DNA of 44,898 bases from Pontimonas sp. (GCA_965659525.1 CBFHWA010000001.1:1-44898); one strand, 5' to 3'; shown: positions 18,895 to 30,047, counted from the first letter of the stretch. Notes: generated from the letters alone by a model not told the origin. A program made the numbers and translations.

Positions 18895-19827
18895 ATGGAC
18901 ATCCAGTTCTACGGATTTTTACACCTGCGCGATTCACAAGCCTCCACCGTCAACGTGCAGGTGTCGTCCTTTCTTGACCAGGTGCGAATCTACGCATCAA
19001 ACGCGCTGAGTGTTTCGCGCTCGCTCGCTGCCTACAATCTGCCCTTTACCCTGATCACCAACTCCGTGGAGACCATTGCCGCCGCCCACCCGGAGGCAGC
19101 CTCGGAGTTAACCATCGAGGTCATCGATTTTCACACCAGCGTTCCCGAGGGAATCCGGTTCTTCTCTGGCCACTACAAACTCGATGTCTTCGGTCACCTC
19201 GGCCAACTCGACCACCGCTACGTGGCCCTCATCGACCTCGACGTCCTCGCCATTAACCCGCCACCCGAAGCGCTGCGCTACTACATCGACAACCAGGTCG
19301 CCCTGGCCTACGACATCACCGCGCAAGTCACCGCATCGACTCCACCGGATTCGCTGCGCCAGCAGCTAGAGGACATTCTCGGCAGACCAAGCCCCGGGCG
19401 CTGGAGCGGGGGCGAATTCCTCGCCGGGCCTCCCGAATTTTTCGCCCGGCTCACAGCAGCCTCGGCGTCGATCTATGACCGCTACGTCGAACTGATTCCC
19501 ACGGCAGCACGGGTGGGAAATGAGCCCTATCAATCTGCAGCACTCGACATCATGCGTCACGAGGGCTACCGAATCGACGACGCCGGCAGTATTGGCCTGG
19601 TCGCCCGGTATTGGAACATGTGGACCAAACACCACCAGGCCCCGTTTTCGGCCTTCACCGGCGCGTTCCTCCTCCACCTCCCGGTCGATAAATTTATTCT
19701 CCAGAAAATCTCTGCCCTCGGGCCGCTGCAGCCAGGCCAAGCACTGTCTGCCTACCGACAGCGGAAGTGGCAGTGGCTTTTTTTGGAACTTGCCGCCCGG
19801 GCAAAAAAGATGCTGCGCAGGAGCTAA
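18895..19827 (+). CDS. Putative GT-A fold glycosyltransferase (GT8-like)
   Basis: 'FFSGHYKLDVF', DxD motif 'LIDLDVL', 'GGEFLAG', 'GNE' and 'LLHLPVDK'. Confidence 0.65.
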   Translation: MDIQFYGFLHLRDSQASTVNVQVSSFLDQVRIYASNALSVSRSLAAYNLPFTLITNSVETIAAAHPEAASELTIEVIDFHTSVPEGIRFFSGHYKLDVFGHLGQLDHRYVALIDLDVLAINPPPEALRYYIDNQVALAYDITAQVTASTPPDSLRQQLEDILGRPSPGRWSGGEFLAGPPEFFARLTAASASIYDRYVELIPTAARVGNEPYQSAALDIMRHEGYRIDDAGSIGLVARYWNMWTKHHQAPFSAFTGAFLLHLPVDKFILQKISALGPLQPGQALSAYRQRKWQWLFLELAARAKKMLRRS

Positions 19828-19830
19828 GAC

Positions 19831-20664
19831 ATGCGGATTGCCACCTGGAACGTCAACTCGATTCGCACGAGAAAACACCGCGTTGTCGACTTTTTGGTCA
19901 ACGCCGATATTGACGTGGCACTGCTGCAGGAAACCAAATGTACGAACGAACAGTTTCCCCTCGACGAATTTCAGGCCGCCGGTTATGACGTCTTCCACTG
20001 GGGGCTTAACCAGTGGAACGGGGTGGCGATTGTGTCGCGCCTGGGTATCAGTCACGGCGAACAGGGCTTTAGGGGGATGCCCGGATTTGATAAAAACGGC
20101 GCGGATCCACAACCAGAGGCCCGGGCGGTCTCAGCGACTGTCGCCGGGATACGCCTCTGGAGTGTTTATGTGCCCAACGGGCGAGGACTGAACGACCCCC
20201 ATATGGCCTACAAGCTGACATGGCTCGACGCCCTCGGTCACGCCATGGGCGAATACCAAAACCAGCACCCCAATACCGCCTGTGTGATCGGCGGTGACTT
20301 CAACATCGCCCCCGAACCCGAGGACGTCGGCGATCCCGACTTTGTCGAAGGTGTCTCCACCCACATCTCACCGGCTGAGCGCGACACACTGGCCAAGCTG
20401 CTCGATACTGCGGGACTGAGCGACCTTGTCAGGCCACTCGTTCCTGAGGGCTATACCTACTACGACTACAAGCAGGGCAAGTTTCGAAAAAACCACGGCA
20501 TTCGCATCGATTTTCTTTTCGGAAACCCCTCCGCTGCCGACCAGGTGGCCCACGCCTCAATTGAGCGCGAGGAGCGTAGCGGGGAGCAGCCCAGCGATCA
20601 CGTCCCCGTCGTCATCGAGCTCACCGATGACGACGAGGATTTCGATTCGCCGATGGTCTTCTAG
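19831..20664 (+). CDS. xth: Exodeoxyribonuclease III
   Basis: 'ATWNVNSIR', 'LQETK', 'YVPNG', 'GDFNIAP', 'RIDF' and 'PSDHVP'. Confidence 0.96.
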   Translation: MRIATWNVNSIRTRKHRVVDFLVNADIDVALLQETKCTNEQFPLDEFQAAGYDVFHWGLNQWNGVAIVSRLGISHGEQGFRGMPGFDKNGADPQPEARAVSATVAGIRLWSVYVPNGRGLNDPHMAYKLTWLDALGHAMGEYQNQHPNTACVIGGDFNIAPEPEDVGDPDFVEGVSTHISPAERDTLAKLLDTAGLSDLVRPLVPEGYTYYDYKQGKFRKNHGIRIDFLFGNPSAADQVAHASIEREERSGEQPSDHVPVVIELTDDDEDFDSPMVF

Positions 20665-20685
20665 GCCTGCTGCGAGAATGGCGCC

Positions 20686-21750
20686 ATGACCCACACCGAC
20701 CACCCCCGGGGTTTCGCCAGCGACAACCAGGCCGGAGTCCACCCTGAGGTTTTGGCCGCCATTGAAGCGGTTAACACCGGCCATCAGGCCTCCTACGGCT
20801 ACGACGACGTCACCGCCTTACTCGCCCACACCATCAGGGGGGAGTTTGGCGAGCGCGCCGAGGTGTTCCCCGTTTTCAACGGAACCGGCGCCAATGTCGT
20901 CGCCCTCACCGCGGCCATGCCCCGCTGGGGCGCGGTCATCGCGACCGAATCCGCCCATATTCACACCGACGAGGGGGGTGCGCCCGAGCGGGTGAGCGGT
21001 CTCAAGCTGCTGACAGTCCCCGCCGTGGAAGGCAAACTCACCCCGGAGGGGTTAGTCAGTGTGGCTGGGGGGCGCGGGGATGAACACCACGCCCAGCCAC
21101 TGGCCGTGTCGATTACCCAATCCAGCGAGTGCGGCACCGTCTACACTCCAGACGAAATCGCTCAGCTCGCCCAACTCGCCCACGAGCGGGGCATGGTCTT
21201 TCACCTCGACGGGGCGCGCATCTGGAATGCCGCTGCGGCGCTTGATCTTCCCTTTCGGGCCTTCACCACCGATGTGGGGGTGGACCTGGTGAGTCTGGGC
21301 GCGACAAAAAATGGGGCGATGGCCGCCGAGGCAGTCGTCGTGATCAACCCCGAGGTGGTGGAGGGAATGCTGTATCTGCGCAAATTCACGATGCAGCTGG
21401 CCTCCAAGATGCGCTTTATTTCCGCGCAGATTCACGCCCTCTTCACCGACGGGTTAGGCCTTGGCTTAGCCCAACACGCCAACCAGATGGCCGCCCTTCT
21501 GCGAAAGACGCTGGAGGAGAAAATCGCGGCGGGTGAGATTTCGGGTTTGTCGTTTACCCAACCCACCCAGGTCAATGGTGTCTTTGCCGTGATGGCAAAC
21601 GCCGCCGCGGACCGCCTCCGCGAAACGGTGCGTTTTTATGACTGGGACCGCGACGCCGGTGAAGTGCGCTGGATGTGTTCCTATGACACCACCACAGAGG
21701 ATATTGACTGGTTTGTTGACCAGATCCACGCTGTCCTGCCTGGTCGCTAG
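20686..21750 (+). CDS. ltaE: Low-specificity L-threonine aldolase family PLP enzyme
   Basis: 'FASDN', 'NGTGAN', 'HLDGARI' and 'GATKNG' (PLP Lys). Confidence 0.92.
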   Translation: MTHTDHPRGFASDNQAGVHPEVLAAIEAVNTGHQASYGYDDVTALLAHTIRGEFGERAEVFPVFNGTGANVVALTAAMPRWGAVIATESAHIHTDEGGAPERVSGLKLLTVPAVEGKLTPEGLVSVAGGRGDEHHAQPLAVSITQSSECGTVYTPDEIAQLAQLAHERGMVFHLDGARIWNAAAALDLPFRAFTTDVGVDLVSLGATKNGAMAAEAVVVINPEVVEGMLYLRKFTMQLASKMRFISAQIHALFTDGLGLGLAQHANQMAALLRKTLEEKIAAGEISGLSFTQPTQVNGVFAVMANAAADRLRETVRFYDWDRDAGEVRWMCSYDTTTEDIDWFVDQIHAVLPGR

Positions 21751-22322
21751 TCGCGCCAGCCTGGAGCAATCTCGTCGAGGGGCGCTCGCACCCGCGGGGC
21801 ATCCTCTCGCTCTTGGAGTTTCTCCGGCAAAATGCCGGAATCGCCGTGCTGGCCAACCGCGAGGATGGCCCAGGCTCGGTGGTTCTCGTTAATACCCAGC
21901 ACTGCACCGAGGGCATCCGCATCAAAGCCCCCCATCTGGTGGACGATGAGTCCCATGTGGGTTGCTTGGATACTGAGGTGGGCGGCCGCCTGACCGACGT
22001 CATAGGGCGCCCACTTCTCCGGCTTACCCTCATCGGTGACCATAACGGCAACATTGACAATCAGCGCTGAGACGTTAACCGCCCACGCCTGGTTACCAGA
22101 AGCCAGGGTCTGGACTACTTGGTCAAACAGGTCTGTGCCGCGCTTGGCAACAAACAGCCGCCAGGGTTGCGAGTTTGACGACGAGGGCGACCAGCGCGCA
22201 GCCTCCAACAAAGACCCCACCTGCGCCTCGGTGAGTTCAACGCTCGGGTCAAACGCCCGGGGGCTGCGGCGACGGGCCAACTCGTCCATCAGCGGGTAGT
22301 CGGTCTGTGCGGTGTGATCCAC
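21747..22322 (-). CDS. Nitroreductase family protein
   Basis: 'RRSPRAF', 'EAARWSPSSSNSQPW' and 'HQMGGFD'. GTG 22322 follows an AAGGAG SD that overlaps the clpB stop. Confidence 0.93.
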   Translation of the reverse strand: MDHTAQTDYPLMDELARRRSPRAFDPSVELTEAQVGSLLEAARWSPSSSNSQPWRLFVAKRGTDLFDQVVQTLASGNQAWAVNVSALIVNVAVMVTDEGKPEKWAPYDVGQAAAHLSIQATHMGLIVHQMGGFDADALGAVLGINENHRAWAILAVGQHGDSGILPEKLQEREDAPRVRAPLDEIAPGWRD

Positions 22323-22332
22323 GAGGTACTCC

Positions 22333-24495
22333 TTAGGGGTTGGGGGGGTTTTCAAGATCGAAGCGGGTGAGTTCTAACCCACTGGAGTCGGCGTTGATAT
22401 CGACTTTGACGGTGTCACCGTCGTGAATCTCGCCGGCGAGAAGCTTCTTCGCCAGTGTGTCATCGATCTGCTGTTGCATCAGTCGTCGAAGCGGGCGCGC
22501 CCCGTAGGTGGGGTCGTACCCGTGGTCGGCCAACCAGGACCGGGCGGGCGGCGTGACCGCCAGTTCTAGGCGACGCTCGGACAGGCGCTGCTGCAACCGG
22601 TCGATGGTAATTTCCACGATTTGGCCCAGGTCCTCAGTCGACAGGGTGGAGAACACGACAATGTCGTCAAGTCGGTTGACAAACTCTGGCTTGAAGGCTT
22701 TTCGCACCTCGTCATACACGGCGGTGGTTTTTTCTTCCCAACTCAACCCCGGCTCGATGAGGTAGCCAGAGCCCAGGTTGGAGGTGAGGATCAAAATCGT
22801 GTTTCGAAAGTCCACCGTTCGACCCTGTCCGTCGGTGAGGCGGCCATCGTCGAGGACCTGGAGCAGGAGGTCAAAGACTTCCGGGTGAGCTTTTTCCACC
22901 TCGTCGAGCAAAATGACCGAATAGGGTCGCCGTCGCACGGCTTCGGTGAGCTGACCACCCTGTTCGTAGCCGACATATCCCGGAGGCGCACCAATCAGGC
23001 GAGATACGGCAAACTTCTCACCGTATTCGCTCATATCGATACGCACCAGGGCTTTTTCGTCATCAAAGAGGTAGTCAGCGAGCGCTTTGGCAAGCTCCGT
23101 TTTTCCCACCCCGGTGGGACCGAGGAACATAAATGACCCGGTCGGACGGTCGGGGTCAGAAAGCCCCGCCCGGGTGCGCCGCACCGCTTCACTAACGGCG
23201 CGAACCGCGTCCTTTTGACCGACAAGCCGCTTAGCCAATTCGGCCTCTAGGTGCAGAAGCCGCTCGGTTTCTCCCTGAGTGAGTTTGTCAACGGGGATTC
23301 CCGTCCAGGCGGCGACCACGGCGGCGATGTCCTCATCGGTCACCTGGTCGTTAACCATCCGCTCATCGGTGCGCTCGGCCGATTCGGCCTGGTTGATCTG
23401 TGACTCAATTCCGGGAATGACTTCGTAGTTGAGCTTCGAGGCCTCCTGGTAGTCGCCTTCACGCATGGCTCGGTCGAGGTCGATACGGGCCTGGCTGAGA
23501 TTCGTTTTCAGCTCACCGACATCTTGGAGTGAGGCTTTTTCCGCCGCCCACCGCGCTTGTAGAGCCTCCAGCTCTTCTTCCCGAACAGTCATATCCTCAC
23601 GCAGTTTCGCGAGTCGGTCTTTGGAGGCGTCGTCTTTTTCTTTTTTCAACGCGAGCTCTTCGATTTTCATCCGATCGACGATGCGACGAAGTTCGTCGAT
23701 TTCAACCGGTGAGGACTCGATTTCCATCTTCAACCGACTCGCGGCCTCGTCGATGAGGTCAATGGCTTTATCGGGCAGTTGTCGAGCGGTGATGTAGCGG
23801 TTAGACAGACTGGCCGCGGCCACCAGCGCACTATCGGCAATGGCCACTTTGTGGTGTGCCTCATAGCGGTCTTTTAATCCGCGCAAAATCGCCACCGTGT
23901 CTTCCACACTGGGCTCACCGACGAAAACCTGCTGGAACCGCCGCTCGAGTGCAGCGTCTTTTTCGATGTATTCGCGGTATTCATTCAGCGTGGTCGCGCC
24001 GATCAGCCGCAGCTCCCCGCGGGCGAGCATGGGCTTGAGCATATTGGCCGCCGCGACGGAGCCTTCACCACCACCGGCACCCATCAGGGTGTGCAGCTCA
24101 TCGACGAAGGTAATGATCTGGCCCTCGGCGTCGTTAATTTCTTTCAACACCGCCTTTAAGCGCTCTTCGAACTCTCCGCGATACTTCGCCCCGGCAACAA
24201 GAGCAGCCATATCCAACGCGATGAGCTGTTTGTCCTTCAGCGAGTCGGCGACATCACCGGCGACGATGCGCTGGGCGAGACCCTCGACGACTGCTGTTTT
24301 CCCGACTCCTGGTTCACCGATGAGCACCGGGTTGTTTTTGGTCCGGCGAGTCAACACTTGCGAGACGCGGCGGATTTCCGCGTCGCGACCAATAACGGGG
24401 TCGAGTTTCCCGGTGCGAGCAATTTCGGTGAGGTTTTGACCAAACTGCTCAAGCGCGGACTGATTCTCGCCCGCGTTGGGCCTCTGATCGCTCAT
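22333..24495 (-). CDS. clpB: ClpB chaperone (lacking N-terminal Clp-repeat domain)
   Basis: Walker A motifs GEPGVGKT and GPTGVGKT, a coiled-coil M-domain, 'GAPPGYVGY' and 'YGARPLRR'. Confidence 0.96.
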   Translation of the reverse strand: MSDQRPNAGENQSALEQFGQNLTEIARTGKLDPVIGRDAEIRRVSQVLTRRTKNNPVLIGEPGVGKTAVVEGLAQRIVAGDVADSLKDKQLIALDMAALVAGAKYRGEFEERLKAVLKEINDAEGQIITFVDELHTLMGAGGGEGSVAAANMLKPMLARGELRLIGATTLNEYREYIEKDAALERRFQQVFVGEPSVEDTVAILRGLKDRYEAHHKVAIADSALVAAASLSNRYITARQLPDKAIDLIDEAASRLKMEIESSPVEIDELRRIVDRMKIEELALKKEKDDASKDRLAKLREDMTVREEELEALQARWAAEKASLQDVGELKTNLSQARIDLDRAMREGDYQEASKLNYEVIPGIESQINQAESAERTDERMVNDQVTDEDIAAVVAAWTGIPVDKLTQGETERLLHLEAELAKRLVGQKDAVRAVSEAVRRTRAGLSDPDRPTGSFMFLGPTGVGKTELAKALADYLFDDEKALVRIDMSEYGEKFAVSRLIGAPPGYVGYEQGGQLTEAVRRRPYSVILLDEVEKAHPEVFDLLLQVLDDGRLTDGQGRTVDFRNTILILTSNLGSGYLIEPGLSWEEKTTAVYDEVRKAFKPEFVNRLDDIVVFSTLSTEDLGQIVEITIDRLQQRLSERRLELAVTPPARSWLADHGYDPTYGARPLRRLMQQQIDDTLAKKLLAGEIHDGDTVKVDINADSSGLELTRFDLENPPNP

Positions 24496-24980
24496 CTGCG
24501 CCTCTCCACTTCTGTCCCCGGGTTTTTCGGGGGACTAAACCATTCGTTCCACATCCGCCACAGCGGATTCCACACCACCATTTGGCCGCCGCGCTGTGCT
24601 CTCTCTCCGGCACGCAGCGGGATGACTTCACCTTCAGCGCCGGCGGCGAACACCCTCCGGCCCTGGCGTTTGAGCACTTCGTCAGCCAGTGCTGCCTCCA
24701 ACTCATGGACCCGCTGACGCAGGTCGCCAACCTCGCGTTGAAGCTCCAGGATGCGTTTAATCCCCTCGAGGTTTAACCCCTCATTACTCAGGGTCTGTAT
24801 TTCACGAAGCGCCACAATGTCGCGCATGGAATAGCGCCTGGTCCGCCCGGCTGTTCGAGTCGGACAAACGAGTCCCAATTTGTCGTATTGGCGAAGCGTC
24901 TGGGGGTGGAGACCACTTAATTCAGCCGCCGTGGCAATCGCAAACAGCGGAGTGTTCTCATCCATATCCGGCGAGACCAT
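24492..24980 (-). CDS. hspR: Heat-shock repressor HspR (MerR family)
   Basis: '[17 protein letters not shown]', '[11 protein letters not shown]'; located downstream of dnaJ. ATG 24980 follows GGAGG. Confidence 0.95.
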   Translation of the reverse strand: MVSPDMDENTPLFAIATAAELSGLHPQTLRQYDKLGLVCPTRTAGRTRRYSMRDIVALREIQTLSNEGLNLEGIKRILELQREVGDLRQRVHELEAALADEVLKRQGRRVFAAGAEGEVIPLRAGERAQRGGQMVVWNPLWRMWNEWFSPPKNPGTEVERRR

Positions 24981-24989
24981 ATCCACCTC

Positions 24990-25952
24990 CTACTTCGCGG
25001 CCTTGGCGATCAAATCGTCGCGGGGGTTTTCTTTTGGCAGCGCCTCAAAAAGTTTTTCCAAATGCCCTTTGGCCGCCTTCGACAGGTGTGCCGGAACGGC
25101 GACGCGGATCTCAACGAGCAAATCCCCGATGCCCTGGGCGCTGGTCACGCCGCGGCCGCGCACCCGCATGACCTGGCCGCTCTGGGTTCCCGGTGGCACT
25201 TTCACCTTCACGCTGCCTCCACCGAGGGTGGGAACATCGATGGTGTCGCCAAGGGTGGCCTCCTGGAAGGTCACGGGGACAACAACGCGAAGGTTGTTGT
25301 CTTCTCTGGCAAAAACCGGGTGCTTGGGCACACCCACGCTGATGATGACATCCCCGGGTTTGCCCCCATCGGGGCTGGGGTGGCCTTTTGCGCGGAGGCG
25401 AACCTTCTGGCCGTCTTTCACGCCCGCGGGAATCTTCGCCGAGACTTTCTTTCCCGCCGCGCTCTCGACCGACACCGTGGTGCCCTCAACAGCGGTCGCC
25501 AAATCGAGGGTGATTCGCGCGTTGACATCTCGACCCTTGGTGGGTTCGCGGTAGCGGGGGTAGCCGCCCATCGAGCCACCCTGGTCGAAGAGTCCATCGA
25601 ACAGGCCGCCAAAACCGGGTGCTGCCCCGCGGGCTCCACCCTGCTGGCCAAACATTCCACCGAATATGTCTTCAAAGCCTCCCGGGCCACCGCCCGCGGT
25701 GAAGCGCGGACCACCCTGGGCCATGGTGCGAATCTGGTCGTATTCGCTTCGCTGCTCGGCATCGGCGAGCACCGAATACGCTTCCGAGATTTCTTTAAAG
25801 CGCTGCTCGGCTTTTTCATTGCCCGGGTTGGCATCCGGGTGGTTTTCCCGCGCCAGTTTTCGGTAGACCTTTTTGATCTCCGCCTCGGAGGCGTCTTTGG
25901 ACACACCGAGGATGGCGTAGAAGTCTTTTTCTAACCAGTCCTGACTGGCCAC
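24990..25952 (-). CDS. dnaJ: DnaJ-class chaperone (no Zn-finger)
   Basis: J-domain with HPD, G/F-rich region and C-terminal domain; no CxxCxGxG repeats. Confidence 0.93.
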   Translation of the reverse strand: MASQDWLEKDFYAILGVSKDASEAEIKKVYRKLARENHPDANPGNEKAEQRFKEISEAYSVLADAEQRSEYDQIRTMAQGGPRFTAGGGPGGFEDIFGGMFGQQGGARGAAPGFGGLFDGLFDQGGSMGGYPRYREPTKGRDVNARITLDLATAVEGTTVSVESAAGKKVSAKIPAGVKDGQKVRLRAKGHPSPDGGKPGDVIISVGVPKHPVFAREDNNLRVVVPVTFQEATLGDTIDVPTLGGGSVKVKVPPGTQSGQVMRVRGRGVTSAQGIGDLLVEIRVAVPAHLSKAAKGHLEKLFEALPKENPRDDLIAKAAK

Positions 25953-25973
25953 AATGACACCTCCTTCGCCGTA

Positions 25974-26576
25974 TTAGTTTTCGCTTGTTTGTTGCGGGGA
26001 ACTCACCGCGACTTTGGCCGGGCGAATAAGCTTCTCACCCAACTGGTAGCCAATTTCGATGACATCGGCGACGGTGTCGACCTGAACATCGGGCGAGGGC
26101 ATGTGGACCATGGCCTCGTGGATGGCGGGGTCGAATTCTTCACCCACTTGCCCAACGGGCACCATGCCGTAGCGGTCGAAAGACTGGCGCATTTTTTGGG
26201 CGACAATCTCCAGCGGTGTTCCGGTGAGGTCTCCGTGCTTTTCCGCCCGGTCCAGGTCGTCGATCGCCGGCAGTAGTGAGCGAATCACTTCAACGATGAT
26301 CGCTTCACGGTTTGCCTGCCGGTCGCGCTCAACCCGCGCTCGAAAATTTGCCAATTCTGCTTCGGCTCGAGCGGCCCGGTCGCGGTATTCGGCGACAAGG
26401 TCGCGCTCGGCCTCATCGAGAATGCTGAGGTCTTCCGGGTCAAGCGCTTCTGGCTCACCCTCCGGGGAGGGGGAGCGAAGCTCCCCCGTCTCCGGATCGA
26501 TGCGCCGTTTGTCGTTAACCAGTGGCTCCTCGTTCTCCTCCGGTTCGGGCTCTGGGCCCCTCTTGTGCTTGGCCAT
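25974..26576 (-). CDS. grpE: Nucleotide exchange factor GrpE
   Basis: 'AELANFRAR', 'LLPAIDDL', 'FDPAIHEA' and 'GYQLGEKLIRPAKV'. Confidence 0.97.
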   Translation of the reverse strand: MAKHKRGPEPEPEENEEPLVNDKRRIDPETGELRSPSPEGEPEALDPEDLSILDEAERDLVAEYRDRAARAEAELANFRARVERDRQANREAIIVEVIRSLLPAIDDLDRAEKHGDLTGTPLEIVAQKMRQSFDRYGMVPVGQVGEEFDPAIHEAMVHMPSPDVQVDTVADVIEIGYQLGEKLIRPAKVAVSSPQQTSEN

Positions 26577-28429
26577 TACTTCTTTTCGCCCGATGTGTCA
26601 TCGTCCTCGTCGACCACTTCAGCGTCGACGATGGTGTCATCGTCTTCTGCCGCGGCCTCGCCCTCAGCCGGTGACTCCTCACCGGACTGGTAGAGGGCTT
26701 CGCCGAGTTTGGTTTGGCTTGCCGCCAGAGTGTCGGCGGCCTTTTGGATGGCCTCCTCGTCGTCACCAGCAAGAGCGCTCTTGAGCGCGTCGACATCGGT
26801 TTGCACTTCGGACTTAATGTCCTCAGGCAGCTTCTCGTCGTTTTCTTTGAGGATCTTTTCCACCGAATAGGCCAGCTGTTCCGCGTTGTTGCGCGCCTCA
26901 GCTGCTTCGCGACGCTTCTTATCTTCTTCAGCGTGCTCTTCGGCTTCGCGAACCATCCGCTCGATATCGTCCTCGGCCAGTGAACTGCCTCCGGTGATCG
27001 TCATCGACTGTTCCTTGCCGGTGCCCTTATCGGTGGCACTGACGTGGACGATGCCGTTGGCGTCGATGTCGAAAGTGACCTCAATCTGCGGGACTCCCCG
27101 CGGTGCCGGCGCCACACCGGTGAGTTCAAAGGTTCCCAGCGGCTTATTGTCACGAGTGAACTCGCGCTCACCCTGGAACACCTGGATCGACACCGAGGGC
27201 TGGTTATCCTCCGCGGTGGTGAACGTTTCGCTGCGCTTGGTGGGAATCGCGGTGTTGCGCTCGATCAGTTTGGTCATAATGCCACCCTTGGTCTCGATTC
27301 CGAGGCTCAGCGGGGTGACGTCAATGAGCAGAACGTCTTTGCGCTCACCTTTCAACACACCAGCTTGAAGGGCGGCTCCCACGGCGACAACCTCATCGGG
27401 ATTAACCGACTTGTTGGGCTCTTTTCCTCCGGTGAGCTCGGTCACAAGCTGGGTCACCGCGGGCATCCGTGTGGACCCTCCGACGAGGACAACGTGGGAA
27501 ATATCTCCCACTTTGACTCCGGCTTCTTTGATGACGTCCTCGAAGGGCTTTTTGGTCCGCTGGAGCAGATCGGCGGTGAGCTCTTCGAACTTTGTGCGCG
27601 AGATTGTTTCATCCAGGTTGGCCGGACCGGATTCGGTGAGCGACAAATAGGGCAGCTGGACCTGGGCCTGGCTGGAGCCAGAGAGTTCCTTTTTGGCCTG
27701 CTCAGCGGCTTCCTTCAGGCGCTGTTTGGCAATTTTGTCTCCGGAGATGTCCACACCGGTGGTTTCTTTGAACCGCTCGGCGAGGTAGTCCATTACCCGG
27801 TGGTCCCAGTCGTCGCCACCGAGGCGGTTGTCACCGGCGGTAGCGCGCACCTGAATGGTGGAGAAGTCTTCGTCTTTACCCACTTCGAGCAAGCTGACGT
27901 CAAACGTTCCGCCGCCGAGGTCAAAAACGAGGATGAGCTCGTCTTCTTTGCCCTTATCCAGGCCATAGGCCAGGGCTGCGGCGGTGGGCTCGTTAATGAT
28001 GCGAAGAACGTTGAGTCCCGCAATTTCTCCCGCCTCTTTCGTGGCCTGACGCTCGGCGTCATTGAAGTAGGCGGGAACAGTAATCACGGCATCGGTCACC
28101 GCTTCGCCGAGATACTGTTCGGCGTCGCGCTTGAGTTTTTGCAAAATACGAGCCGAGATTTCCTGGGCGGTGTATTTCTTGTCGTCCACTTCGGTCGTCC
28201 AGTCGGTACCCATGTGGCGTTTCACCGAGGAGATCGTGCGGTCGACGTTGGTCACCGCCTGGCGTTTTGCGGTTTCACCGACGAGGACTTCGCCGTCTTT
28301 GGTGAAGGCCACCACCGAGGGGGTGGTGCGGAAGCCTTCGGCGTTGGAAATCACGGTGGGCTCGCCACCTTCGAGAACGGAGACCACTGAGTTGGTCGTT
28401 CCGAGGTCAATTCCTACTGCACGGGACAT
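26576..28429 (-). CDS. dnaK: Chaperone DnaK
   Basis: 'GIDLGTTNS', '[10 protein letters not shown]' and '[10 protein letters not shown]'. Confidence 0.99.
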   Translation of the reverse strand: MSRAVGIDLGTTNSVVSVLEGGEPTVISNAEGFRTTPSVVAFTKDGEVLVGETAKRQAVTNVDRTISSVKRHMGTDWTTEVDDKKYTAQEISARILQKLKRDAEQYLGEAVTDAVITVPAYFNDAERQATKEAGEIAGLNVLRIINEPTAAALAYGLDKGKEDELILVFDLGGGTFDVSLLEVGKDEDFSTIQVRATAGDNRLGGDDWDHRVMDYLAERFKETTGVDISGDKIAKQRLKEAAEQAKKELSGSSQAQVQLPYLSLTESGPANLDETISRTKFEELTADLLQRTKKPFEDVIKEAGVKVGDISHVVLVGGSTRMPAVTQLVTELTGGKEPNKSVNPDEVVAVGAALQAGVLKGERKDVLLIDVTPLSLGIETKGGIMTKLIERNTAIPTKRSETFTTAEDNQPSVSIQVFQGEREFTRDNKPLGTFELTGVAPAPRGVPQIEVTFDIDANGIVHVSATDKGTGKEQSMTITGGSSLAEDDIERMVREAEEHAEEDKKRREAAEARNNAEQLAYSVEKILKENDEKLPEDIKSEVQTDVDALKSALAGDDEEAIQKAADTLAASQTKLGEALYQSGEESPAEGEAAAEDDDTIVDAEVVDEDDDTSGEKK

Positions 28430-28465
28430 GGGATGTCTGCTCCTTTGTGTCTAGAGGGCCGAATA

Positions 28466-28486
28466 TCTGAGTCGGCACGTATCAAG
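28466..28486. promoter_or_regulatory. HAIR operator 1 (HspR site)
   Basis: Minus strand CTTGATA-N7-ACTCAGA versus consensus CTTGAGT-N7-ACTCAAG; abuts the -10 box of the dnaK promoter. Confidence 0.85.
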
Positions 28487-28513
28487 TTTGCGACTGCGCG
28501 CCCGCTTCGTCAA
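28485..28513 (-). promoter_or_regulatory. dnaK promoter (-35 TTGACG, 17 nt, -10 CAAACT)
   Basis: Minus strand TTGACG-aagcgggcgcgcagtcg-CAAACT, lying between the two HAIR sites. Confidence 0.65.
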
Positions 28514-28525
28514 GTCGAGGCGACA

Positions 28526-28552
28526 AAATATGAGCCAAAGTGACTCATATTT
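28526..28552. promoter_or_regulatory. HAIR operator 2 (HspR site)
   Basis: AAATATGAGC-caaagtg-ACTCATATTT inverted repeat with N7 spacer. Confidence 0.8.
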
Positions 28553-28640
28553 CGCCACCAGCGGACGAGGTGTGCGTGTTTAGGAGGAGTTCACCGGCCA
28601 CCAATTGGCGGATCCGCCCGACATGGCTACGGTGTAGAGC

Positions 28641-30047
28641 ATGGACAAGGGTGTGGACGACCCGCAGGGGCCAAACATTCCCCCCCAACTCGACACTGAC
28701 GCGCTTCCGGTACTGGGCCTCCAGGCCAACCAGGGTGGTGCCATTCCCCGGGGCCGGGTGTTTGCCTGGGCGCTGTGGGACTGGGCGACGCAGCCCTTTG
28801 CCACCGTGATCACCACATTCGTTTTCACCGTGTATCTCACCTCGGAGCTTTTTCTCCCCGACGACATTCGCGCCCTGGGCAGTGGCGCCGAATACGATCA
28901 CGCACTCTCCGTCCTGTCTCGGGACTTAGGAATTGCGATCACCATTGCTGGATTGGCCGTAGCACTCCTCGCCCCCGTTCTTGGCCAGCGCGCCGACCGA
29001 ACAGGTCGGCGCAAACGCTGGCTGGCGATTAACACCGTGTTGTTGGTCATCGTCCAAGCGAGCCTGTTTTTCGCGACCATCGAGCCGAATATGTTCATTT
29101 TTGGCATCACCATGGTGGCCGTGGGAAACGTTTTCGCCGAAATCGCCAACGTCAACTACAACGCGCTGATTACGCAGGTGGCAACGCCCAAAACCGTCGG
29201 AACCGTCAGCGGAGTCGGCTGGGGCTTTGGCTACCTCGGCGGAATCAGCATGCTGCTCATTGCCTACTTTGGCTTCATCGCCTCCGACTGGTTTGGTATT
29301 GGAACGGGAAACGGCATCGACATCCGCGCGATCGCGGTGGCCTGTGCGGTGTGGACGGTCCTCTTCGCCATTCCAATCCTCATTTTTGTCCCCGAAGCGC
29401 CCAGGCCAGACGGCCTGCCCAAAACCGGCTTTCTCAATAGCTACCGCATTCTCGTAGCCGATATTCGACACCTCTATCGCACCACGCGCACCACGTTCTG
29501 GTTTCTCCTCGCAAGCGCCATCTTCCGCGATGGTCTTGCCGGTGTGTTCACCTTCGGCGGCGTACTCGCCGCCATCACCTTTGGCTTCTCCGCAACCGAG
29601 GTGCTGATATTTGGCATTGTGGGAAACCTCGTCGCCGGGGTCTCGACGATGGCCGCGGGCAAACTCGACGACTGGTTTGGTCCCCGCGCAGTCATCCTCG
29701 GGGCCTTAACGACCCTGCTTGGCGCCGGAATGGCGCTGTTTTTCCTTCGCGATGCCGGCGCCACCGCGTTTTGGGTGGCGGGCTTAGTCCTCGCCTCGTC
29801 GGTCGGTCCCGCACAAGCAGCGGCACGATCATTTCTCGCCCGGGTCACCCCCGCCGGACAGGAGGGCCAAATCTTTGGCCTCTATGCCACCACCGGGCGA
29901 GCGGTGAGCTTTCTCACCCCCGCGCTGTGGTCACTGTTTATCGCCATTGGGGGAGCCCAGTACTGGGGCATCCTCGGCATTATGGTCGTTGTGGCCATTG
30001 GCCTGGTGTTAATGATTCTGGTGAAACTGCCCGAACACGTGCGCTAG
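28641..30047 (+). CDS. MFS transporter (UMF1/Atg22-like)
   Basis: 'WALWDWATQPF', 'APVLGQRAD', 'VSGVGWGFGYLGG', 'FRDGL' and 'FGLYATTGRA'; about 12 TM segments. Confidence 0.92.
   Translation: MDKGVDDPQGPNIPPQLDTDALPVLGLQANQGGAIPRGRVFAWALWDWATQPFATVITTFVFTVYLTSELFLPDDIRALGSGAEYDHALSVLSRDLGIAITIAGLAVALLAPVLGQRADRTGRRKRWLAINTVLLVIVQASLFFATIEPNMFIFGITMVAVGNVFAEIANVNYNALITQVATPKTVGTVSGVGWGFGYLGGISMLLIAYFGFIASDWFGIGTGNGIDIRAIAVACAVWTVLFAIPILIFVPEAPRPDGLPKTGFLNSYRILVADIRHLYRTTRTTFWFLLASAIFRDGLAGVFTFGGVLAAITFGFSATEVLIFGIVGNLVAGVSTMAAGKLDDWFGPRAVILGALTTLLGAGMALFFLRDAGATAFWVAGLVLASSVGPAQAAARSFLARVTPAGQEGQIFGLYATTGRAVSFLTPALWSLFIAIGGAQYWGILGIMVVVAIGLVLMILVKLPEHVR

Noticed and set aside
27044-28390. 448-aa ORF antisense to dnaK
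   Set aside because: A well-known shadow ORF opposite dnaK/hsp70 that arises from codon bias; no independent start signals or recognisable motifs.
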